In this document: piece after piece, positions 47,383-55,725 of the stretch
Numbering within the stretch: position 1 is the stretch's first letter
Layout: every line of letters starts with the position of its first letter
From: a virus
Taxonomy: Duplodnaviria > Caudoviricetes
Length of the DNA stretch: 64,000 nucleotides
Reading direction: 5' to 3' (one strand)
IMG/VR virus record: IMGVR_UViG_3300042463_001805
Location: 1 to 64,000 of that record
Notes under the pieces: generated by a model
Databases searched by the model: none
Told to the model about the DNA's origin: nothing
The model's input: only the letters and a program-made list of their open reading frames with translations
Position numbers and translations under genes: made by a program

Positions 47383-49200
47383 ATGGCACAAGAAAAATAT
47401 ACAGTTTGGCAGAGGTTGGGTAAGGTTTTTGGACCTAACGCAACTTTAGATCAACAGGCACCAGTATTTAAATTTGATAAAAAAGAATTATTAAAAACTA
47501 CAGATAAAAAAGAATTTGAGATTGAAAAGTTACAAGCTCAACAATCATTATATATTGGGCAACAATGGCAAAAAGTTGAAAGTAACCTGTACCAACAAGC
47601 GGTCTATTACGAACCAACAAGAATGGCGTCGTACTATGATTACGAATCAATGGAATATACTCCTGAAATTTCAGCGGCTTTAGACATTTATGCGGAAGAA
47701 TCAACAACGCCAGATCAAGACGGATTAATATTAAAAGTTTATTCTGAATCAAAAAGAATAAAACAAGTTTTAACGGATCTTTTTACAAACAAATTGGATA
47801 TAAATACTAACTTACCTATGTGGACAAGAAATACATGTAAGTTTGGTGATAATTTTGTGTATCTAAAATTGGATCCCGAAAAAGGGATAGTTGGGTGTCA
47901 GCAATTACCAAATATTCAAATTGAAAGATTAGAAAAAGGTATGAGATTTCAACCAGACAAATATTCTCAAGAAATGGAGAACGATGCACTTAAATTTGTT
48001 TGGAAAGAAAAAAACATGGAATTTAACACTTGGGAAGTTGGTCATTTTAGAATTTTAGGTGACGATAGAAAACTTCCTTACGGTACATCTATGTTAGAAA
48101 AAGCAAGACGTATTTGGAAACAACTACTATTATGTGAAGACGCTATGTTAATTTATCGTGTATCAAGAGCACCCGAAAGAAGAGTATTTAAAGTGTTTGT
48201 TGGTAACATGGACGATAAAGATGTTGATGCATATGTACAAAAAGTGGCAAATAAATTCAAAAGAGATCAAATTGTAGATTCAAAAACAGGTAACGTTGAT
48301 ATGAGATACAATCAAATGGCGGTTGATCAAGACTTCTTTATCCCTGTACGTGACGCTTCGGCACCTGAACCCGTAACAACATTGGCGGGAGCATCAAACT
48401 TAGCTGAAATTGCAGATATTGAATATATTCAAAAGAAACTTGTTACTGCACTTAGAATACCAAAGGCTTATTTAGGTTTTGAAGAAGCTGTTGGTGATGG
48501 TAAAAACTTATCATTATTAGACATAAGATTTGCTAGAACAATTAATAGAATTCAAAAATCTATGATTGCAGAATTAAATAAAATAGCAATTATTCATTTA
48601 TTTTTATTAGGGTTTGAAGACGAATTAACGAACTTTACTTTATCATTGAATAATCCGTCTAAACAAGGAGAACTATTATCTTTAGAAATTTGGAAAGAAA
48701 AAATTACATTATATAAAGACGCAACTGCTGAGATTGCAAAATCATTAGCACCTGTTTCTGCTTCTTGGGCTAAAAAACACATATTAGGATTTTCCGATGA
48801 AGAAATTAGATTGGACATCCAACAACAAAGAGTTGAACGTGCGGTTTATGCTGAATTAGAAAAAACTGCAGAAGTTATCACTAAAACAGGTTTATTTGAT
48901 AATATTGATAAATTATACGGTAAAAAAGAAGGTGAAGCAGCTGGAGCAGCTGGAGGTGATGCCGCGGCAGGTGGAGCACCACCGGCAGGAGGAGACATGG
49001 GTGGAGGAGCACCTCCGCCACCACCACCATCAGGCGGTGCGGAAGGAGGAGGCGTCACTCCCGAAAGATTTGTAAGAAATGACTTAGATTTAATTTTGGA
49101 AGAGACGTTATTTAACGAATCAAATAATTTAGATTTATCAAAAGGTAGAAATTCTTTAGTGGAAATTGATCAAAAATTAAAAAATTTGATTGATAAGTAA
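47383..49200 (+). CDS. gp20: Portal protein (T4 gp20-like)
   Basis: PEI..ALDIYAEE, EDAMLIYR.SRAPERRVF...VGN, DIEY..KKL..AL.IPK. Confidence 0.95.
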   Translation: MAQEKYTVWQRLGKVFGPNATLDQQAPVFKFDKKELLKTTDKKEFEIEKLQAQQSLYIGQQWQKVESNLYQQAVYYEPTRMASYYDYESMEYTPEISAALDIYAEESTTPDQDGLILKVYSESKRIKQVLTDLFTNKLDINTNLPMWTRNTCKFGDNFVYLKLDPEKGIVGCQQLPNIQIERLEKGMRFQPDKYSQEMENDALKFVWKEKNMEFNTWEVGHFRILGDDRKLPYGTSMLEKARRIWKQLLLCEDAMLIYRVSRAPERRVFKVFVGNMDDKDVDAYVQKVANKFKRDQIVDSKTGNVDMRYNQMAVDQDFFIPVRDASAPEPVTTLAGASNLAEIADIEYIQKKLVTALRIPKAYLGFEEAVGDGKNLSLLDIRFARTINRIQKSMIAELNKIAIIHLFLLGFEDELTNFTLSLNNPSKQGELLSLEIWKEKITLYKDATAEIAKSLAPVSASWAKKHILGFSDEEIRLDIQQQRVERAVYAELEKTAEVITKTGLFDNIDKLYGKKEGEAAGAAGGDAAAGGAPPAGGDMGGGAPPPPPPSGGAEGGGVTPERFVRNDLDLILEETLFNESNNLDLSKGRNSLVEIDQKLKNLIDK

Positions 49201-49220
49201 TATTTATATTAAAAAATAAT

Positions 49221-49952
49221 ATGAATACATTCGGTAACATTAAAACAAATATAGAAAATACAGCTATAGGGATTGCAAAAAAACCAAGTTTTAAAAAATT
49301 CATAAAAGAATTTAATACTATAGTTTTAGAGAATAAAGATCTGGCAGAACTATATTTTATATATGACGATCTATCATCTAACAAAGGTTTAGACATTGAT
49401 TTAGCAAATGATTATATTAACGAATCAATTGAGTATTCTCAAATTTTAATTGAAAATCAAACTTCAGATATTAGAAGATTAAATAATTGGATTACTTCTT
49501 GGAACAAAACAAATAAAAATAACTATTCTGATATAGATAATGTAATTTACACTAAAGGAATAAAAAATTTAGAATCAATATTAGAATCTAAAAAAAATAT
49601 CAAAAACTTATTAATAAAAGAACCAAGCAGAAAAGAAATTTCAGAAAATTATAATATGCCTATTTCTACTATGGTAAAAATCGCTAATGAGTCTTTGAAA
49701 AAAGAAATTTCAACATTACCAATATCTGAACAAAAAGAATTAGAAAGTATTGTTTCTTTAAGTTATGATGATTTAGTTGTGGAAATGAAAAATCTTAAAA
49801 ATGACGTGGTAAAAAAATTGAGGTCATCATTAAATGAATCAAAAGAAATTGATTTGAAGGAATCAATAAATAAAACAATCAATAAAGTAATGGATTCTAA
49901 AGTTAGCCATTATGATTATTATAAACTAAAAAAACTAAGTTTGGGACTATGA
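49221..49952 (+). CDS. Hypothetical head-module protein
   Basis: Follows portal; multiple [IL]xE motifs; TATTTAT at 49201. Confidence 0.65.
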   Translation: MNTFGNIKTNIENTAIGIAKKPSFKKFIKEFNTIVLENKDLAELYFIYDDLSSNKGLDIDLANDYINESIEYSQILIENQTSDIRRLNNWITSWNKTNKNNYSDIDNVIYTKGIKNLESILESKKNIKNLLIKEPSRKEISENYNMPISTMVKIANESLKKEISTLPISEQKELESIVSLSYDDLVVEMKNLKNDVVKKLRSSLNESKEIDLKESINKTINKVMDSKVSHYDYYKLKKLSLGL

Positions 49953-50221
49953 AAAAAATTTTTAGTGGGATTGGAAGATTGTTTACGGACAGCAAGGGAA
50001 ACCCTTCATCAAAAAGATTTATAGGAATCTTGTGTGGTGTTTCTCTTTGTATAACTTTATATGTTAATAGTTATACTCATGGTGACATTAAACCGTCAGA
50101 CACATTAGTGAATGCGGTTGCAATGTTAGCGTTCGGTTGTCTAGGTCTTACATCTACAGAAAAGATTTTTGGAAAAAAATCTGAAGAGAAAAAAGAGGAA
50201 GAAACTCAAGAAGTTGTTTGA
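49949..50221 (+). CDS. Two-TM membrane protein, holin-like
   Basis: SSKRF.G followed by two hydrophobic helices and a charged C-terminal tail. Confidence 0.55.
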   Translation: MKKIFSGIGRLFTDSKGNPSSKRFIGILCGVSLCITLYVNSYTHGDIKPSDTLVNAVAMLAFGCLGLTSTEKIFGKKSEEKKEEETQEVV

Positions 50222-50394
50222 TTCTTCTGTTTGTATTGAGCCTTTTTAATTTGAGCCCTTCGTTTTACGGAGGGTTTTTTATATTCCTGCCTTTCTTGTA
50301 ATTTTTGTATTTGTTTTGTTTTATAAATTTTAAACTTATAAGTTTTTAATGCTTGTTCTAAAGAAGATGAATTTTTAACAGGTACTATAATCAT
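50206..50394 (-). CDS. rpsU: Phage-encoded 30S ribosomal protein bS21
   Basis: MIIVPVK....LEQALK.YK.K.......L.ER..Y.KPSVKRR....KA.Y; 62 aa from ATG at 50394. Confidence 0.9.
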   Translation of the reverse strand: MIIVPVKNSSSLEQALKTYKFKIYKTKQIQKLQERQEYKKPSVKRRAQIKKAQYKQKNQTTS

Positions 50395-50499
50395 ATTTTT
50401 TTGGTTTACACTATAAATAGTAACAAAAAAATTAAATTTTGACAAGAACTAAAAGTTTTACTATAATTGTTAAAACAATAAACTTTCAAGATATGAAAA

Positions 50500-50949
50500 A
50501 TGAAAAAAGGAAAAACATCAAAACTCAATATTTTTGGTGATGCAAAATGTCAGTATGGTACGGTAGATTCAAAAAATTTAAAATCAATTTATATAATATT
50601 ACAAACTTGGATTGAACCAAACGATGACTACGAAAATTGGTCAAAATTAACAGGAGATTTAAAAAGAAATATTTTACATACACTTTTAGAAGTGATTGAT
50701 AGAACAATATTTGAAAAAAAATTTATTGTGGACTTAGATTTAAGAACTAGTGGGATACAAAAAAATAAAAAAAGTTTCCTCAATTTAGAAATAACATTAT
50801 TCGTTCATAAAGAAAATTTAGATTTCAAATCAATATTATTAAAAAATAAAATAAAAAATATTTTAACTTCTGTTTATAAAGACGACCTAAAAAATTCAAA
50901 GTATTTTACATTAAGTATGACTAAAACGAAACAAACTGTAAGTATATAA
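50500..50949 (+). CDS. Hypothetical protein
   Basis: 149-aa ORF; YGTVD and IVDLDLR motifs. Confidence 0.7.
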   Translation: MKKGKTSKLNIFGDAKCQYGTVDSKNLKSIYIILQTWIEPNDDYENWSKLTGDLKRNILHTLLEVIDRTIFEKKFIVDLDLRTSGIQKNKKSFLNLEITLFVHKENLDFKSILLKNKIKNILTSVYKDDLKNSKYFTLSMTKTKQTVSI

Positions 50950-50969
50950 TATTTATCATAAAAAAGATT

Positions 50970-51674
50970 ATGAAAATATTAGGACCTAAAGATACGGGTA
51001 AAGGAATACTTGTTGAGTGGGATGCTGGAATCATTAACCCAAATGAGTATAGAAACAGTCAAGTTTTAAAAGAATCGTATGGCCAACTAGACCACTCAAA
51101 ACCATTTGTTTTTTACGCTACTTTACAAAAATATGGAGTACCAAATAGAAATGGTAGAATTTATCCTGAAAAAATATTAAAAAGAGAAACTGAAAAGTAT
51201 AAAGAGATGATCAATAGAGGGATGTCTATTTCTGAACTTAATCACCCAGAATCTTCTCTGATTGATTTAGATAGAGTTGCTCACCTTATTACTGATGTGT
51301 GGTGGGAAGATAACGTATTGATGGGTAAAATTAAATTATTGACAACACCAGGATTTCATGAAAGAGGGATTGTTTCATCAAAAGGTGACATTGCGGCAAA
51401 CATGATGAGACAAGGTGTGACTATGGGTGTTTCTTCTCGTGGTGTAGGATCTTTAGTAAAAAAAGGAGAACAAAATGAAGTGCAGGATGATTTTGAATTA
51501 ATTTGTTTTGATTTGGTTTCTTCACCATCAACACCTGGTGCATATCTTTACCTTAATAAAGAAGATAGACCTAAATACGAAGAAAATTTAACAGAGCATC
51601 AAGAAATAGAATCAAATCCTTTGAGTAAATCTGTTGACTTAATGAAAAGATTATCCGATTATTTGGATAAATAA
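50970..51674 (+). CDS. gp21: Prohead core protease (T4 gp21-like)
   Basis: NRNGRIYP, SELNHP, GVSSRGVGS, FDLVSSPSTPGA. Confidence 0.93.
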   Translation: MKILGPKDTGKGILVEWDAGIINPNEYRNSQVLKESYGQLDHSKPFVFYATLQKYGVPNRNGRIYPEKILKRETEKYKEMINRGMSISELNHPESSLIDLDRVAHLITDVWWEDNVLMGKIKLLTTPGFHERGIVSSKGDIAANMMRQGVTMGVSSRGVGSLVKKGEQNEVQDDFELICFDLVSSPSTPGAYLYLNKEDRPKYEENLTEHQEIESNPLSKSVDLMKRLSDYLDK

Positions 51675-51684
51675 AAATTAAGTT

Positions 51685-51894
51685 ATGGATGAAAAGTATT
51701 TTGTTGCAAGAGTTACCACAGACATGGTAGACGAGAACACAGGGAAAGTTAAAAAAATTAAAGAAGAAAAATTAGTTAAGGCTTTTTCACCAACAGACGT
51801 AGAGGCAAAAGTCACAAAGGCGTATGAAACATACACTATGGATTGGAGAATTACTGCTATTGTTGAAAGTAAAATTGATGAGGTTATTGAATAA
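51685..51894 (+). CDS. DUF4494-like small protein
   Basis: YF.A.V......TGK.KK.KE..LV.A.S.TD.EA. Confidence 0.55.
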   Translation: MDEKYFVARVTTDMVDENTGKVKKIKEEKLVKAFSPTDVEAKVTKAYETYTMDWRITAIVESKIDEVIE

Positions 51895-51919
51895 TTAATA
51901 ATTTTTTATTTAAAATTTT

Positions 51920-51950
51920 AAGGGAGGTACGTTAAGTGTCTCCCTTTTTT
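51920..51950 (+). terminator. Intrinsic terminator
   Basis: AAGGGAGGTAC-GTTAA-GTGTCTCCCTT followed by T tract. Confidence 0.7.
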
Positions 51951-52047
51951 ATTTTTTAGTTTTTTCATTATAACACAAAAAAATAAGTTTTTTTCAAACA
52001 TCTACATATTTATTTAAAAAATAAACGCATAACATATTGTTTAAAAA

Positions 52048-53688
52048 ATGAGTATGAATGAAAAATCGGTAGTAGAAGACGCTTTATTACAAATTAAGGC
52101 GGTTGAAAATGCTATCAGTGAAAATGCAAAAGGAATACTTGCTTCTACTATGAAGGAAGAAATCAGTGAATTAGTAAGGGAATCTCTTGGAGGTTCAAAA
52201 AAAAGAAGTCTACGTGAACAAGAAGAACAAGGCCAAGAAGTTGGTGTAGAAGACGAAGAAGTAGACGTAGAAGAACCTGTTGATGGTATGGAAGGTGAGG
52301 AAGTTGTTGTTGATGACGAAACGGAAGTTGTTGATGATGGTGAAGAATTACCTGTAGAACCTGAAATGGGAGATAATCTAGGCGGTGAATTACCACCATT
52401 AGATATGACGCAATCATCAATTGGTGACGTAATCAAAGTTTTTAAATTAATGGGTGACGAAGATGGTATTATTGTTAAAAAAGACGAAAAAGGTATCCAT
52501 TTATCTGACCCAAAAAATGAAACAGAATATCTAATACAAATGGATGGTGACACCGAAAATCCACAAAATATGATGGAAAATTCAATGATAGATGCAATTA
52601 GATCAGTCAGACCAAATCAATATGAAAATTATGGATCTGAATTTAATGAGCAAGAAGAAACCGGTTTCGGGTACGATGAGTATGGTGATGAGGGTGAAGA
52701 CTACAGTGATTCTTATTTTGATGAATTAGAAGAAGAGTACGGTATGGAAGAACAAGATTTTCCTATGGAAGAGTACGGTATGGAAGAACAAGATTTTCCT
52801 ATGGAAGAGTATGGTATGGAAGAACAAGATTTTCCTATGGAAGAACAAGATTTTCCTATGGAAGAACAAGATTTTCCTATGGAAGAGTACGGTATGGAGG
52901 AAAACGTTTACGAGATAGATCAAGAAGCTCTTGAGTCTGTTTTGGAATCTTTTAAAGCTAAAGGACTTGGAATGGGTAAACCAGGTAATGGTTTCTCAAA
53001 AATGTCAGTTAACGATAAAGGTTTCAAAGAAGATAGAAAAAGTGGAGGTAAAGGTTTAACAGGTAAAGGTCCTAAATTCAAATATCCTAAAATCAAACAC
53101 GGAGTAACTGAAAATGAATTTGAAGAAGAAGAATTCAATGAGTGGGAAGACGAAACAAACGAAGAATTAATTGATACTAAAGAACAACCGGAAACTACTG
53201 AAGCCTCAAGAACTTTAGGTAATGGTAAATATTGGGGTAGAAAAGGTTTACCTAAACCAAGAACCGCACCTAGACACCTTAGAGTAGAATCAGTAAACGG
53301 AGAGTTAAACTTGTTGAGAGAAAAAAATGAAGAATACAAAAAAGCGTTAGATTTCTTTAGAACAAAACTTAATGAAGTTGCGGTATTTAATTCTAACTTA
53401 GCGTATTCTACACGTTTGTTTACAGAACACTCAACAACAAAACAAGAAAAGATTAATATTCTTAGAAGATTTGACTCAGTTGAATCATTAAAAGAATCTA
53501 AAAATCTTTACCAATCAATCAAAAGAGAACTTGACGGAAAAGGTACTCAACCTGTGGTTACTGAATCAATTCAGAGAAAAGTAACTAAAACTCCACAATC
53601 AGGATCAGCAACAAATTTGATTGAAAGTAAAACTTATGAAAATCCACAATTTATGAGAATTAAGGATTTAATGACAAAAATAAACTAA
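52048..53688 (+). CDS. Prohead scaffold protein (gp22-equivalent)
   Basis: Between protease and major capsid genes; very acidic; coiled-coil C-terminal region with LNEV..FN.NL.Y. Confidence 0.8.
   Translation: MSMNEKSVVEDALLQIKAVENAISENAKGILASTMKEEISELVRESLGGSKKRSLREQEEQGQEVGVEDEEVDVEEPVDGMEGEEVVVDDETEVVDDGEELPVEPEMGDNLGGELPPLDMTQSSIGDVIKVFKLMGDEDGIIVKKDEKGIHLSDPKNETEYLIQMDGDTENPQNMMENSMIDAIRSVRPNQYENYGSEFNEQEETGFGYDEYGDEGEDYSDSYFDELEEEYGMEEQDFPMEEYGMEEQDFPMEEYGMEEQDFPMEEQDFPMEEQDFPMEEYGMEENVYEIDQEALESVLESFKAKGLGMGKPGNGFSKMSVNDKGFKEDRKSGGKGLTGKGPKFKYPKIKHGVTENEFEEEEFNEWEDETNEELIDTKEQPETTEASRTLGNGKYWGRKGLPKPRTAPRHLRVESVNGELNLLREKNEEYKKALDFFRTKLNEVAVFNSNLAYSTRLFTEHSTTKQEKINILRRFDSVESLKESKNLYQSIKRELDGKGTQPVVTESIQRKVTKTPQSGSATNLIESKTYENPQFMRIKDLMTKIN
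52729..52900 (+). repeat. Coding tandem repeat (EEQDFPM / EEYGM units)
   Basis: Five copies of GAAGAACAAGATTTTCCTATG interleaved with GAAGAGTAyGGTATG. Confidence 0.9.
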
Positions 53689-53714
53689 AAAATAAACTTT
53701 TTTAAAAAACTGTA

Positions 53715-53721
53715 TATTTAT
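53715..53721 (+). promoter_or_regulatory. Putative late promoter TATTTAT (representative copy, upstream of the major capsid gene)
   Basis: Same co-oriented motif precedes about 25 virion/cargo genes on both strands. Confidence 0.65.
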
Positions 53722-53765
53722 ATACAAAATAATAAAAAAATAAACTCTAATTAAAAAAATTAAAA

Positions 53766-55574
53766 ATGGGAGCATTATTAGAATCAGGTCTTGTTGGTAA
53801 CATCGGTCTTAAGCACTTGAAAGTTATCAAAGAAGATACAATTAACAAATGGGATAGATTAGGATTCCTAGACGGTCTTAAAGGACACGTTAAAGAGAAC
53901 ATGGCACAATTATATGAAAACCAAGCGTCTCACCTAATTAACGAAGCAGCATCTACTGACAGTTCAGGTTCATTTGAAACTGTAGTATTTCCTATCGTTA
54001 GAAGAGTATTCTCTAAATTATTAGCAAATGATTTAGTATCTGTACAAGCAATGAACTTACCAATCGGTAAATTGTTCTACTTTGTACCTAAAATTCAAGG
54101 TTATAACTCAGCTGATACCGCTGCAGGAACAAACCACTTCGCACCAATTGGTTCGGCAAACTATAACGCGGCTGATGGTACAGGTTATGATGGTGCTGAC
54201 GCTTACGCTAAAAATCTTTATGATTTATTTTATGAAGGTGCTGAGGCGGCATTAGATCCTCCAGGATTATTTGACTATTCTAAAGGTACATGGACTGCAG
54301 TTACAGCAACTACAACAATCCAAGTTTGGTCAAATGGATCATTAGTTGATTCATTGGCTCCAACAGGTGTTCAAAGAAAACTTCTTGTTAAAATGTGTGG
54401 TTTTTATGATAATGGTGTTGGTAAATTAATCGGACCTGATGGATCAGAGGTTGATAGTGAGACTTTCTTGTCTGACTTAAAAATTATCAGATCAACAGGT
54501 TTGAGTATTGCTGAAGGTAGTGCTTGTTCTGTTCCTACAGCAACTCCATTGTTGTTTAGAGTCGTTACTCAACAATACGGTAAAGGTATTGTTTCTCCTA
54601 CATATACACAAACACCAACAACATTCCCTAACGGAAATGGTGGATCTTATGATCAAGTTTGTGATCAAAACGGATGTATCTATTTAGAAGTTGATCTTTC
54701 TTGTCCTGTATGTGCTGATTGTAACGCATCATCTTTAGATGGTTATACAGGAGCAACAATCACTTCAGGTTCTTCGGGTACTTCTTTTGTAGCTGTATTT
54801 AGAAGATATGCTGAATTAGAATTTGAAGATAAAATTGGTGAAGTATCTTTTGACCTTGAGTCAGTTACTGTATCAGTTACAGAAAGAAAACTAAGAGCAC
54901 AATGGTCACCTGAATTAGCACAAGACGTTTCTGCATTCCATAACATTGACGCTGAGGCTGAATTAACAGCATTATTGTCTGAGCAAGTGGCAGCAGAAAT
55001 TGATAGAGAAATCTTGAGAGACCTTAGAAAAGGTGCAGCTTGGAACCTAAGATGGGATTACAACGGATGGAGAAGAATTCCAGGAAACATGACTTATACT
55101 CAAAAAGATTGGAATCAAACTTTGATCACAGCAATTAACCAATTGTCAGCACAAATCCACAAATCTACATTGAGAGGTGGGGCTAACTGGATTGTTGTAT
55201 CTTCTGAAGTTTCTGCTATCTTTGATGACCTAGAGTACTTCCACGTATCTAACGCTTCTCCGGAGCAAGATCAGTACAACATGGGTATTGAAAGAGTTGG
55301 TACATTAGCAGGTCGTTACCAAGTGTATAGAGATCCATACTTCCCAGCTAACCAAATCCTTATTGGACACAAAGGTTCATCTTTGTTAGATACAGGATAT
55401 GTTTACGCTCCGTATGTACCTCTACAATTAACACCTACAATGTATAACCCATTCAACTTTACACCTATCAAAGGTATCATGACCAGATACGCTAAGAAAA
55501 TGGTTAACAACCGTTTCTATGGTAGAATCACAGTTGATGGAGTTAGAACATTTGACTTACAAGAATTGAGATAA
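53766..55574 (+). CDS. gp23: Major capsid protein (T4 gp23-like)
   Basis: FPIVRRVF..L.A..LVSVQ.M..P.G, RKLRAQWSPELAQD..AFH.IDAEAELT, GYVYAPYVPL, TRYA. Confidence 0.96.
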   Translation: MGALLESGLVGNIGLKHLKVIKEDTINKWDRLGFLDGLKGHVKENMAQLYENQASHLINEAASTDSSGSFETVVFPIVRRVFSKLLANDLVSVQAMNLPIGKLFYFVPKIQGYNSADTAAGTNHFAPIGSANYNAADGTGYDGADAYAKNLYDLFYEGAEAALDPPGLFDYSKGTWTAVTATTTIQVWSNGSLVDSLAPTGVQRKLLVKMCGFYDNGVGKLIGPDGSEVDSETFLSDLKIIRSTGLSIAEGSACSVPTATPLLFRVVTQQYGKGIVSPTYTQTPTTFPNGNGGSYDQVCDQNGCIYLEVDLSCPVCADCNASSLDGYTGATITSGSSGTSFVAVFRRYAELEFEDKIGEVSFDLESVTVSVTERKLRAQWSPELAQDVSAFHNIDAEAELTALLSEQVAAEIDREILRDLRKGAAWNLRWDYNGWRRIPGNMTYTQKDWNQTLITAINQLSAQIHKSTLRGGANWIVVSSEVSAIFDDLEYFHVSNASPEQDQYNMGIERVGTLAGRYQVYRDPYFPANQILIGHKGSSLLDTGYVYAPYVPLQLTPTMYNPFNFTPIKGIMTRYAKKMVNNRFYGRITVDGVRTFDLQELR

Positions 55575-55597
55575 TCAATATCTTAACTGAATAAGAG

Positions 55598-55627
55598 AAA
55601 GGAGACAAGAAATTGTCTCCTTTTTTT
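55598..55627 (+). terminator. Intrinsic terminator after the major capsid gene
   Basis: AAAGGAGACAA-GAAA-TTGTCTCCTTT followed by T tract. Confidence 0.85.
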
Positions 55628-55725
55628 ATGAATAATAATTTAATAACACTAAATGTTCATTTGACACAAAATTTACTTTATAATTAAACGTTTTCAAAGT
55701 ATTTATTAAGAAAAAATACTTAATT

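Noticed and set aside
43559-52900. CRISPR-like arrays at 43559-43863 and 52729-52900
   Set aside because: In-frame coding tandem repeats with no unique spacers and no cas genes
45560-55574. Inteins or introns in terminase, portal or capsid genes
   Set aside because: Frames are continuous and no splicing or homing-endonuclease motifs were seen
40176-55627. GGAG/GGAGG words at 40182, 51923 and 55601 as Shine-Dalgarno sites
   Set aside because: They are 5' arms of terminator hairpins with no adjacent start codon
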